DNA of 64,000 nt, from contig CM082587.2 in the NCBI GenBank assembly GCA_040954595.2, positions 5,072,206 through 5,136,205 on the forward strand. Reading direction: 5' to 3'. Positions 42,501 through 54,627 of the stretch are shown here, in pieces. Under the pieces are notes generated by a model that was given only the letters and a program-made list of their open reading frames with translations, was not told where the DNA came from and did no database searches. The translations under genes and the position numbers were made by a program. This DNA comes from Balanoglossus misakiensis. Lineage: Eukaryota; Animalia; Hemichordata. Position 1 is the stretch's first letter. Each line of letters begins with the position of its first letter.

Positions 42501-45500
42501 CGTACCTCTGTTCCAGTTTTGTGATTGGATCTGCAATCGAGTTGGTGGTGGTCACAATGTGAGCCAATTATAGAATCCGTTAGGTGGCCTTGGTGTGCTG
42601 GTAGAAAGTAGCTAATAATAAAGGTCCTTTCAAAGCATTGCTCTGATTGGTCCATGGTCTTTATCATTCAGCTCATGATTGTAACTTGTCGATTTACAGT
42701 TGAATGCTCTTCCATTTCCAGACTATAAACAAAGAAGTTGAAAAGTTTGGGGGTGACATTCTCTTGAGTTTTGAGGAAAATATGTATCAGATAAATAAGC
42801 AGATGGAAGGCTGGACAGAGACGGCGCTGAGAATATTCAGTCGTCATTTGTCCGAGGATGGTGGTGAATTTCCAGCTCATCAGGAGATGCATAAAATGAA
42901 CAAGGTAAGGATGATGATATATTATAAGGTATAATAGTTTTGTTATTGATGGTGATATTCATGGCAGTGTTGATCGTAAAGGTGATGATGTCAGATGATG
43001 ATGATGGTGATGTTTGTCCACGTTCTACAAAATATTATTATATCTTGCAAAAATATTGTATCCTACAAGATTTACAACACCAATATTTTTGTTTTTGTTT
43101 TGCAATATGTTTTATTTCCACCTGCATTCCCATTAGCATACAGAGGTAATTCTATCAATGAATTTGTTGTCCATCTGTAAAGGTGTAAACAATAAAAATT
43201 AAAGAATTAATTGCTGTAAAAATGTACACTGTGCATTGCGTTTAAGGGTTTTATCAAATATTCCTTTATGAGTGATTTATTTAAGGTGTTTATCTAAATA
43301 CATTTATGTGATTTTTTTTTCGTTCTTGCGAAACATTATTTGTGACTGCTGTTTATACATCAAACTTTTACAACTTTTAACAAGTAACACAATGAAACTA
43401 ACACGTTTCTTGCTTTGATGTGTGATTACAATTTTGACGTTGCCCTAACATAACTCTGTGAAAACCACTTCATTGCTAAACCCCAGTTGTCTGTCTACAT
43501 GTGTACTAACGTAAGACTTAGAGAGTTGTGACCAATACATCAGGTGTAGCTCCATACAGCATTAAGGGTGAATCATTGTCTCAAGTGTGATAAGCGTGTA
43601 ATATAAGTGCTTATTCAGTGAAGTAAATGAGTGTTTTTATAGAAAAACGGGGGAAATGGTATAGCGAATTTGAACTGTGCAACAATCTGTTTATACTTGG
43701 TGTCATTTTGACTATAAAATGAGTGTATAATTTTGTCAATTTCTCATAAAAATATGTGTGTATTAAAAGATAAATATTGTGGAGATGATAAAGCACATTG
43801 TATTCAAACATTGCATGTCTTTGACGATGGTTTTATATTTTTTTCATCTGTCTGTTCCATATATTCCCTTTTCACTCACCAATACAGGATGTCAAGCAGG
43901 TAACGAAACATGGCGTGGTTTGCAGTGTTTCAATCCATTATTTCTGGTGTTGACATTTTAATGTCATATTTTTTATCCATCCATACCCGTTTAGAGTTTG
44001 TTTTGCATGGCCATTTTTTGGCATCCGTTTGTCCAAGCATACCTGTGGGGATGATGATTTTCTGGCCATTTTGGCAGTTGTTGTAGTCTGTAGCCATGAT
44101 TTTTTTTAATGAGGCTGTCAACATATCTGCATCCATTAAAGGTGCAGCAAACAGATTTACCATAGCCCCAGTACTTCCATCCAGTAAGGTTAAATCTTAG
44201 AAAGAACAACGTCATATCTGGCCAGAAATGTTTCATCATCCACAGACGGTAGCCCCAGACAGACAAAATTATTGAGAACATTTTTTTTTCCTGAAACTTA
44301 GTTGTTTTTCACCCATACCCAGCCAGTTTGTTGTTGAGTGAAATGTTCCCCATCACACAGAATATTGGCTGTTTTCAACGCAAGGAGTTGAAGCATCATC
44401 ACTAACACCCATCAAGGGATTAAAAAAAAAACTGCCTAGCACTAACCCAAAGTTTGCATGAAAGATGCATGGTGTTCTGATTGCCCCTGTTGTATTTCTC
44501 ACGCATATTGATGTGTATAGTTTTGACTGCGTGAAATATATATCTCTGGTGTGTACTCCCTGGTACAGAAACTGCTGTGACTATCTGTAGACTGTGATGT
44601 TCTGCAAAAGCCAAAAAAATTCAGTCAGAGACGCAGCTCTATCATAGAAATCAAATTGCAAATTTACAAGCGCTTTGTTTGAAAGGGGATGGTGTAGTGA
44701 GTGTAACACACAACCATTGATTTTTGGTGTCTTCATTATTTTTTAAAAATAATTATAGCCTATGATCACACACTGAATATAGAGCATCGATGGTTATGGT
44801 TGTTCAGCTGTAAGGGCAAAGTTGCTGTGTGCATTTACAAACTCCTGATCAGTCTTTCTAAAACAGTGTGATTTCTTTTCTAATTGACAGAGTGTTGAGA
44901 GCCTAATGGAGCTTTTTAAAGTCAGGGTAAATGGAGAAAATGGTAAGTCTGTGTTTTGTTGAAACACTGCTTCTTTGATGTTACAGTACAAATCATAAGT
45001 CACCACACATTTACCCACAATGCCACACAGGAAGTGACATCATGTACCTGTGTTCCTACTCTTCCAGGAGTTGCTAAAGGGTTAATTTCCTTGCAAAACG
45101 CCATGGAGGTTTGGGACACCAAACTGACGCAGGTTGTCAACGGGGCGCCGTATCCGCCGGAATCGGAGTGGGGTCGTCTGTACGACCTCTTTGAGGATTG
45201 GATTGTTCTCACCGACGAGACAATCGCCATCATCGGGTCCACCCAGAAGGAAGAGGCTAGGCTGGAGAACAAACCTCATAATCCGTAAGTCACTTGGTGT
45301 TTATCACCATTTTCAGCAAAGCAGGCTGGTTTCAAAGTTGCTTTTGTCCCCAGCATTGGCACATGCTTGTGTTTTATACTCATACATTGTAACACATGCG
45401 TTATATTCAGATGTGTGTGAGGCAACAAAATTTGGAGTTTCGGGCAATCAGTGTTTCAGCAAGACAATTTAGAATAACACCTACCAATATATCTCATAAT

Positions 45501-47858
45501 GAATACTTTCTGGCCTCGTACAAACATACAACATAACCTGATTTTTTTGTGATAGCAACAAGTTTGAATCTTTTTTGGTCTCCAGAATTACAATGGATGA
45601 CGTGTTTCGCGTTGCGCAAAAGTGGCTGACAACAACCACCAATGGTGTTGACAATGAAGATTCTAAGCTGGTTGAACAGGTAAAGTGAATGTTTGTTGTT
45701 ATTGTTGTTTTGTTGTTATTGTACAGTTTTATTTAGCACCTTACATCTTAGGTCTTGTGAAGTAACTGAGAACAAAACAAAACAATTAGTCGCTTCATTT
45801 GAGATTTGTTTATGATTACAGGTGCACGTCCTACATTCAGAGATGGTTCACTGGATGATTCAGGTCCTTCTAAGACTGGCCCCTGACATGGAAGGCAACC
45901 CACAAGAAGCCATAGAGAGCAGCATGGCAGCTACTGCCACCACAGGCGAAATCAGGGAGAAGGCCAACTCGCTCTTTGAGAGACTGACGAATTTCACCAA
46001 CTACATTAATGGGTAAGACAACCCTATGTTCAGCGCAGCTTAGTCTCACCCCCTTGGTATTGGTTTCGTGGGCGATTCCATTTATAGAGAATAGGGGAGA
46101 GACGGTTATCATGTATACCATTTGATATTACAGTACCTCGATGTGTACACGATGGCTTAGTCTAATTTCTCATTTTTCATCACGAAGGTGTTGTAATGGT
46201 ATAGTCACTGCAGAAATGCAGAGAAAACAGGAACAAGGCATGGAAGATGCGGAGTTGGAGTATCGGGATTTGAAGAAACTCAAGGTATTTTATCCTTCTT
46301 TCTCTCTGTCTCTCTCTGTCACTCTCTCTCTCCCTTCCTCCCCTATCTCTACACGTTCATTTATATCTGTCTGTCCCATGTATGTTCACAAATGCCCTGT
46401 GATTTAATGGATAATTGCAACAATCCATATCGTCCGTCTGCCTCTATTGACAGACTGAATGTGCTGAGTGGATGCACACAGCCACTCTGTTGTTGGAGGA
46501 ACTGATGGGCGGGGCTGCACTCACCGGGTTGTACAAGCCAGCGCTGGGGATGGATTCGGACAAGAAACCAGAGGTGGGTGAAACTGTCTGAAAGAATGAA
46601 CGTAAGACACACTGAAACCTCGGATAAATCACATAACATTTTCAGAGTGGAAAGTTTCGGAAACAATTACGGGTAGGATTCATGAGGAATTCTCCCAAAA
46701 TCTGTGAAGATCCTAACCAGTTTTTTTGGTTTTACAGACCCCAGACCCATCGGTCGCTCCGACACCGTCCACGGAAAAGGGAGACGAAAAGTCGGAAACC
46801 ACAGCGGCCCCCACGCCAGCACCGTCCGAGCAGACTGTAGCTACCGCCGCAGAAACTAAACAGGACGAAGCTGTCAATACCTCGGAGATGCAAATGATCG
46901 GGTACGACAAAAATGTGCGAACGCAGTCGCTGGACCAAGAACAGGCAGTCGCGTCTAAGGTGAGCGGGGCTTTCAACAGAAACTAATTTGAAAATTGAAT
47001 GTGGCTTGAACGATTTTTACTTAGTGTTTGTTGCTTAAGTTCATTTGACAGGATTCTCTAGTACATGTACTCACACGTGTCTCATTCTGTCTGTATGCAG
47101 GATGTCAATGTTGAAGCGCTGTTGAAATCTGGCGGTGGAGAAAGACCTGAGACTCCAAACACTAGCAGAGCATACGAAGCCCTGGCCGCAGTACAGGCAC
47201 TCCAAGAGAAACTTCTGTAAGTCTGTCTGTCTGCCTGTCTGTCTGACTTTGATTATATAACTCAAACGTTTTCAAAATTTGCATAAATTAGACCAAACTT
47301 TATACTGTAGGAAGCAAGCTGACAGCAAAAGGATGATTGGTTTGTGACAGCAGCAGACAGGAAGTAAACAAATTTAAAGTTAATGTTTGGTCTGACAATG
47401 TTTTATATTTTAGTGGCACCGAAGAACGGGCTCAAGACGCCGAAGAAAAAGTGGTCTTACTTGAGGAGGACTTGAGAGTGGCGCTTGAGAAACTGCGATC
47501 GTACGAGCGAAAGAGCGCCACCCCACCCCAGTCCTCGGAGGGGCAGCGACCCGCCGAGCCCAAACCCGAACCTGAGGCCAAGGAGGAAACACCCAAAGAG
47601 GAACCGGCGAAACCGAAATCCAAAACAAAGGAAAAAGACAAGGAGAAGGAGAGAGAGAAGGCCTCGACGCCGAGAGAGAAGGCACCAACGCCGGCGACAC
47701 CATCGCATATTCCACCACCGTCCCCGTTGTCGTCAAAGCGACCGACCTCGTCACAGTCAGTCAAGTCCACGGGGGAGAAATCAAGGTCGCAGTCACAGGC
47801 GTCTAATAGATCTGTGGCAAGTTCAAGGGCGTCAAAAACATCCAAGAAGTCTAAATAA
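36518..47858 (+). CDS. AXDND1: Axonemal dynein light chain domain-containing protein 1 (AXDND1), ~1130 aa, 25 coding exons
   Basis: Exons 36518-36674, 37182-37351, 37502-37614, 37906-38026, 38154-38239, 38401-38457, 38645-38753, 38911-38985, 39128-39222, 39346-39438, 39580-39646, 39793-39830, 39947-40067, 40336-40604, 42354-42438, 42722-42904, 44891-44942, 45068-45284, 45586-45679, 45822-46012, 46188-46284, 46454-46573, 46738-46959, 47101-47216, 47414-47858. All GT-AG and phase-consistent (3393 nt). Recognised motifs: [69 protein letters not shown]. A possible extra first exon 34676-34688 adds MDVAA in frame. Confidence 0.92.
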
Positions 47859-48800
47859 GGAGTGATTTGTGAAAAGGGGAGGGAGATGGAAATCTGTCAG
47901 CAGTGTGTTTGTATAATAGCAAGACTCCAAGAGGGTTTTTGATACAGAAGAATTGTATATTGTAGAAAAAATTTGATTGAAATTTTTATAGTGAACAATT
48001 TGCCAAATTTTGACTTGTCCGTCCAGAGGAAATCTTTGAGATTAATTTTCTGTGTAATGAATTACATGTAAAAATATCTCTGAACCAATATATATGATGG
48101 AAGTTCTCCAAATCAAGAATACACAAGGTTCATCCATATCGCTGAGGTTGTTGTTTGTGTGTCTCTATCTTTGCCGACTTAGCATGCTCAGTCAGAATGT
48201 AATTTTTACGGTCAACAAACTATCTGGGAATTTTCCTCCAGAGGTGCTGTCGTATCATCAATTCTCTTTGTGGTCTACAGTATGCTTGACATCAATGGAT
48301 ATCTCCTGACCTTAGGGAGAATATATACATACAAGGATAGTGCCCTTAACTGAGGCTGAGCTGACCAACATTGTTCGCTGTTCGCTCACAGCGCACAATT
48401 TTTTTGTTCTCCTGTGTACGACTCTAACGTCTTGGCATAATTCCAAGATCACTTTCCCACAGTGCCTCATTGCCCCCGTGAATCAGCAAACCCCTGAGCT
48501 TAATTCGATACATGTACAGACCAGTTCCTGTCCTCTTAACTGGGTCACTCCAAAGAAACGTCAGAAGTAGGACGTTCTAAGTTTTTTTGCAACTGGTTAC
48601 TGTGGAAAACAGTCAGTCACTGCTGATGTGTAGATTTCACCAGGGCGAGTTGAATCGCACATTTGAAAGAAACATCATCTTTACACTGTCTTTCTTTTTT
48701 TCCTTTCAGCAATTTGTGCCTTTTCATGCATATTTGCCAAGGTCATGCTTTTAACAAAAATAATTGTAAATATTATCAATGTTATTTTATCAAAATTTCC

Positions 48801-48806
48801 AATAAA
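48801..48806 (+). terminator. Probable AXDND1 polyadenylation signal
   Basis: AATAAA ~950 nt after the stop, followed by a GT/T-rich tract. Confidence 0.5.
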
Positions 48807-49155
48807 ATCTGTGACCTGCAGATGCTGTCTTTTGTGTCACTTCTCCTTTTGTTTATTTGTTTGTTTTATATGATTTTGCCTCTCTTGTTTTTCCATCGTT
48901 ATCGCAAAAAAAACTTGCGTCGACAATGTAGCCCAGTTGGGGTTGAAAGATCAAGACATGCACTTTCTTGTAACCACATTGACAGGAAAGCGAAGGGCAG
49001 TGATATACTTCTGAAGAAAAAAAGCAGGGAGTGATCAGATACTTCACTCTCTCATTGTTAACATATTGAAAAGTCAGTTTCAGTCCGAGGGCAGGGTCCT
49101 GAAAATGCGCTATTGTTAGTAAACGTACAAAGCTCTATTGATTTCTTTGCCTGCG

Positions 49156-49165
49156 TATATATAAA
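49156..49165 (+). promoter_or_regulatory. TATA box of small GPI gene 1
   Basis: TATATATAAA ~140 nt upstream of ATG 49298. Confidence 0.55.
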
Positions 49166-49297
49166 CCAGCGCATACCATCTGAGTCTCAGAGTAGGGCCT
49201 GGTCACCACAAAAGCTACTGCCTGAAAATCACACCAAACAACTAGGAGAAACCAGAATTTCATCATACCTAGTAGCGAAGAACGATAGCCTAAAAAC

Positions 49298-50026
49298 ATG
49301 GGGAAACTATTTTTCGTTATGCTGCTGTTTGCAGTCCAGGTGTTCACAGGTAAGATTCCATTTATCTGTTGTAGTTTTCCAATGTTGTTGAAACAAGCTG
49401 TTGAATGGACCAGATCAAAAATAAATCCCTGAACATGTCCAAGTAACTTAACTATTGTCTGAAGTACAAGTATGGTTGGAACCCCCCCCCCCCCAAGTAA
49501 CTTAAAACTATTGTCTTAAGTACACGTATGGTTGGAAACCCCCCCCCCCTTGCGTCTGACAACGGGTGCTCCTTGTTGGAAATGAGGAAACTGCATATTA
49601 CATGGGCCTATTGGCATTTTACCCCATTATACCAGGCCTGTTCTGGTTGTGCAGGGGCCCTGGTGCCTATGGGTGCATTCTTCAGAACTCACGTTCCCTT
49701 TGTCATATTTGGTGACCTAAATCACCATATTGTTTGACAATAGCATCTTTAAGCCATTCCTGAGTGGGCCACTAAGCTTATTGTTGGCGATCAACCCGGG
49801 CGCTCAACCAAGGTACACTATTGCATTTGTTAGTATGCATTTTCCGAAACTTCCTGTCACTACACAGTTTATTTCTTTCATTTATTCTGTAGTTTTAGCT
49901 GTAGAACGCATTCCAAGATCAGAGGGCGAGTCGGAACCCGAAGACGGAGCAGCCTCGATCGGTGCATCCGTTTCAATCGTCATGGCAACAGCCCTCTGCG
50001 TCATCTACAATGTGTTGCGCACTTAG
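49298..50026 (+). CDS. Small GPI-anchored peptide precursor 1 (61 aa), 2 exons
   Basis: Exons 49298-49349 (CAG|gtaaga) and 49893-50026 (ttctgtag) give MGKLFFVMLLFAVQVFTVLA-VERIPRSEGESEPEDG-AASIGASVSIVMATALCVIYNVLRT*: signal peptide, short acidic core, GPI-type C-terminal hydrophobic tail. aaacATGg start context; AATAAA at ~50360. Confidence 0.75.
49439..49550. repeat. ~55-bp tandem duplication inside the gene 1 intron
   Basis: ccaagtaacttaaactattgtct(g/t)aagtaca(a/c)gtatggttggaa-poly(C) occurs twice in tandem. Confidence 0.85.
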
Positions 50027-50680
50027 AATCGTCGAGGCTACCGCCGAGATGGCTGAAAGGACTCAGAAGTCTCCAAACAACTTGAATTTACAGCCCCGGC
50101 CTCGAAACAACAACCCACCATGCTCTCGTAGACTCTCATGGACATGTATTTTATCCACTGACTTCCCATGCAGAGGGCGCCTTTTACATTTTAATACCTG
50201 ACTCGACGGAAAAGTGCATCGCGAACCCGCCGTCTTAAGCTTGTTGCAACGAATGACTTTCCTCGGTAACATGCACTTAACAAAATATTTGCATATAATA
50301 TATGTAGTTCTTTTCTGAACTTCGTCGATTTTTCGACCTTCGTGTATTTAGTGTGTGTTAATAAAACACCTGCGCACGCATGTGTATTTTGCCATATGTG
50401 TATAGGATGGTGCATGTATGAAATAGTGTACATCGTGTCGTTCAAACTTATGAACGATTGCACGAGACGAATACAGTTTTATCTTACAATATGAAATATA
50501 TTTCTTATGGGGGGGGGGGGAGGCCCATTATTTTCATCCAAACCATGATTCATAAATAACTCTTCCACTGTAAAATATTTGCTATGTCAACCAATAATAA
50601 ATTGAGAGAACGATTCCTCACCAGTCTGTAACGCGATGTGATTGGAGTATAATGTCGTAGCATTCTGCCTAAAGCTAACA

Positions 50681-50750
50681 TCACGTGACGTCACGTGGCG
50701 TGTGGTTTGCGCTCTCCAATTCCCCCTAGCAACCATTGCTCATTTAAACC
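50681..50750 (+). promoter_or_regulatory. Promoter of small GPI gene 2: palindromic E-box/CRE composite, CCAAT, RFX half-site, TATA-like
   Basis: CACGTGACGTCACGTG (50682-50697), CCAAT (~50716), CTAGCAAC (~50726) and CATTTAAA (50741), 60-130 nt before ATG 50811. Confidence 0.5.
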
Positions 50751-50810
50751 AGCCTCGGCTACTGACTTGCCTCATTTCGGAGGGCGGTATTAAAAATCAA
50801 CTACAGCACG

Positions 50811-53800
50811 ATGCGGTCAGTATACAGTTACTTTATTCTCAGTTTTGATGTGAATATCAAGACTCGGTCGTGTTTCGTTTAATGCTAAATGGTTAAAATG
50901 GTTCCGTTTTCGGAGAAATTTTTCTAAACAGTTCGCGTTTGAAACTTACACGGATCTCCGTCATACAATCTGACACCTGTTGTCGGTGTTTTTTTTCGTG
51001 AAATCGGTTCTCACGCAACTATAATTAACCCACAACACAATATGTCTACGCCGAAATTTTTCTAAATTCTAAGGATAATTTCTCCCCTCTTTGGCATAGT
51101 CTGGTGAACTTTAACAATTACACGAGTTTCTCTAAAACGGGACGATATCGTTCAGTTTGTAGGGCGTGTTTCTTAGTCGCAGAAAAATTGCCACGCGTTC
51201 ATGACACGTTTTGGGAAAACGATCGCAGGAAGTGTTTCTGTTCCAAACCTCAGTCTTCATATAAGCTAATTATTTATCATTTCGAGACTAATTATTCTTT
51301 AATTGTCATTTTTCCGTCAAGTTCTATTAATTTCATATAATAACGACTCGAATCTTATGAAAAATGAATGTTTCATTTTTACAATATCCCTAATTATGTT
51401 TCAAGTTAGTGTAATAAAAAAGTTATTTTCAAAATCGTTTCTGTGCAACAAAATAATTTTGTCTAGCCATATCATGTTGTTGGACTAAAAAGTCAACAAA
51501 ACCAGAGGCTGGATGACGAGTTCTCATGTTCGTGGGTACGTATTACACAGTAAATATAGACTGTATGCGTATTTTTTTGTATTGCACACCTCGTATATTT
51601 TAGATCTTCATCGATCCGTTTTCAAATATTTATAGCTGAAAAAAATCCTGATAGATTTATTATGTATGCCGGGTATCGTCAAATAGTACCATTACATTTT
51701 AAGCTAGCGGTTAATATTAACACCGTTGAAATGTGTTACTTGGATGAGGAGATGTTCAAAAAGGGATTGCCGTCTTCCGTTCCAAATCCACGAGTCAATA
51801 ATATCTTATCAAATGTCAAATGCCACGACCAGTATAACCGAAAACCGATAAGAATTTGATGATTGTAGACACACGCGTTTGATCCCTAAATTCAATTCGG
51901 GTGACATCAATAAATTTAATTCGGACACAAAGGTTGCACGATCGACAGGGAGTTATAAACAAACTGGTTAATGTTTAAGTGATAACCTTTCGATTACAAA
52001 TCATCGAGTGGTGACACGTATATGGCATATTTATGTACAGTGTTCGGGATGCCATGTGGCATCATAGGCGTTTAATAATATACCAAACGTTAAAAAAAGT
52101 TATGATTTTGGTATTAGCTTGCTATCACAAATGGTCCACATTGGAATCGATATGCCCCAACATTTCTGGTGGTGATCGATAGGAAGATAAAACACTTGTG
52201 GCATGACGTCATAGATTATGGGTTTACCAGTGGGTCGCATGTCGCGTCGTTGATGAAATGTATCTCAGTGCAAATATAATAAATAAGACCTCGGTCGCAC
52301 GTTTCAACACGAACTACAAGTTAACTTAAAAAAAGAGCAGAGAAGTGAAAGAGAAGAGTAAAAATTAAAACGTGTTGCCCGATTTATACCGGATTGGTGA
52401 AATCGGCGCCATTTCATTTTCACAGCTCGAACTTCCTTCCAATAATTGATTTTTTTTTTCAAATACTCTGCAAATGCAAACACTGCCCCAGCCTATTGTG
52501 ACCTTAGTGCGGGGTGTAATGTTACAAAACACACAAGCGATTGAAATTTTATGCAGAATTGAGTTCATCTACCCAGTGAGTAATGCGAGGGACCGCTTTG
52601 TAATTCTGGTACCTTAAATAGAATTTTACTTCTTGCTAGGGGGTCAAATCACATAATAATTGCATTATGGGTAAATGGTCGCCATCTTGAAATTGTGTCG
52701 ACCACATGAGATTTTCGTCACTCACTTAGGTGGCAAAAACCTAGTTAAGTTAATGAACACTAAGCAAGGAAGACCTATATGCAAATACGCTCTCTTGGGA
52801 ATAGCACGCGGCGGACCATAACAATACTGAACCCATACACGAAAATACATTCTGAAACCTAAAAAATCGCCCCACCCCACTCGCCTGTCAATTCCGGCTG
52901 TTTCGCCCTATAAGTGGGCAAAATTAGAATACCGTTTTGAATGACCAGATGTTCCTATTGCCATTGGAATTTGAACAGATTTTGTCCCTGGAATCCCTTT
53001 TGCACTAAACATCTCGCCTTTATAATTGCAGGAACCACTTTCTGGCAGCGGCGTGGCTGTTTGTCGCCATCTCGTCGAACACAGTGATGTATTCACAGCA
53101 ATCGTCAACAGGTATGGTGTTACGGCACGCTGGCCGTTCAGATCCGAAACAGGGCAGTGAGCAAAAATAGACTTGCTGAATGGTTCGCTTTGATGAACCA
53201 ACCAGCGCAGCACGCAACAAATACGGTCAACAATAGTCACACTACAACGTTATTTCCTTACTTATGGAAACTTTTGATTATTAAAACTAAAGCATTGATA
53301 AATATAAAATGGTAAAAAAAAAAAAATAGGAGACTACCTTAAATGTGACCAGGTGCGAAAATGTAAGACTAAAGTCCAATGTTCCGTAAGCTTACGACGA
53401 ACGCGACAACACCGCGACAGTTCCGACGGCGACGTTCAGTCCGAGTAGCGCTCTGGCAAAATCCACCGGTAGACTGCACGGCTTCCAGACCAGTACATGT
53501 ACAACATGAGACAGCACAGTTTCTAGACGAGGCTTACAGACGCGGCTTCACAGAACGGCCTTCAAGCCGGTTAGAACGGAACAGAACGGAACACAACTCA
53601 CAGGCCAGTTCAATCAGCAGCTACGCCGCAACGTGGCAACGTTGAAAAAATAATGAATTCACCACACCTGGTCATAATATTCAAATAACGAAAGTAAACG
53701 ATAAACACACCTGGTCACGATAGAAACAATAGAAAACTTATCCTACGTAACAATGGTAATTTAGGGGGCGATAAAACCAGCAGCAGTCTATCCTTAGATA

Positions 53801-54627
53801 TTCGCTCATGTAGAATTAAATCCTTAAAAATTTGCTTTTGTACTCCTCCATAGAATCCCACATCTTTTTCGGCACATCCTGTCGATGTACAGTCATTACA
53901 TTGTTCTCTAATATGATAATATTACTAGGCAGAGCAGGAGGGTTATTGTCTAAACTACCACGGACACCAAAACGAGTTATAAATAAGGAATACTAGCGTA
54001 ATATGGGCCTTATCGTCGATATACACGTTACGTTTCTTTTGCAAACTTCCTATAGGTGCCACAACAACAGCTGTTACGACTGTGACCATTACCACCGCGG
54101 CTGCGACAACCGCGACCACTACGGTGGGGCCAACCGGGGGCAGTACCGGTCAGGCACCGACCGGGGGCAGTACCGATCAGGCACCGACCGGGCCCACGAT
54201 GGACAGCACAGGAACCACCGAAGAAAATAATTCTACAGCTACTGTACCTCCTGGTAAATATGGACAGGTTGCTTTGTCTGTCGGGCAATGACTAGAAAAC
54301 ATTGTATCATGACGGTCGACAGTTGGATACCGAGCTGCATCAGCAATTAACGACGTCTTCCTTTTTTTAATTTTTTTTCACTGCCATGCAACCTAAAGGT
54401 GTCGCGAAATACAGAATTTATATTATTTTTATAAAAATCATAAAACCGCATAACACACGTTATCGTGTGCGTATGCTATTATTGCAACTTAAATACTGTA
54501 TGATCAAATGATTTTCTTTACAGGTACAGATGAAAGCCCCACAGATTCAGTCCGTTGTTTGGCCGGTAACATTTTCCATGTTTTGCTGGCCACATGGCTG
54601 GCATTGCTTTTGAAAACACATGTATGA
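50811..54627 (+). CDS. Small mucin-like GPI-anchored glycoprotein 2 (128 aa), 4 coding exons
   Basis: Exons 50811-50815 (ATGCG|gtcagt), 53032-53111, 54056-54253, 54524-54627; phases 2,1,1; 387 nt. MRNHFLAAAWLFVAISSNTVMYSQQSSTG-ATTTAVTT...PTGGSTGQA PTGGSTDQA...ENNSTATVPPG-TDESPTDSVRCLAGNIFHVLLATWLALLLKTHV*. Confidence 0.72.
53345..53718. mobile_element. Possible MITE-like element with 11-bp terminal inverted repeats in gene 2 intron 2
   Basis: GTGACCAGGTG at 53345 and CACCTGGTCAC at 53708; related sequence (acgcgacaac, cacctggtcac) recurs at ~57920-58015. Confidence 0.3.
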
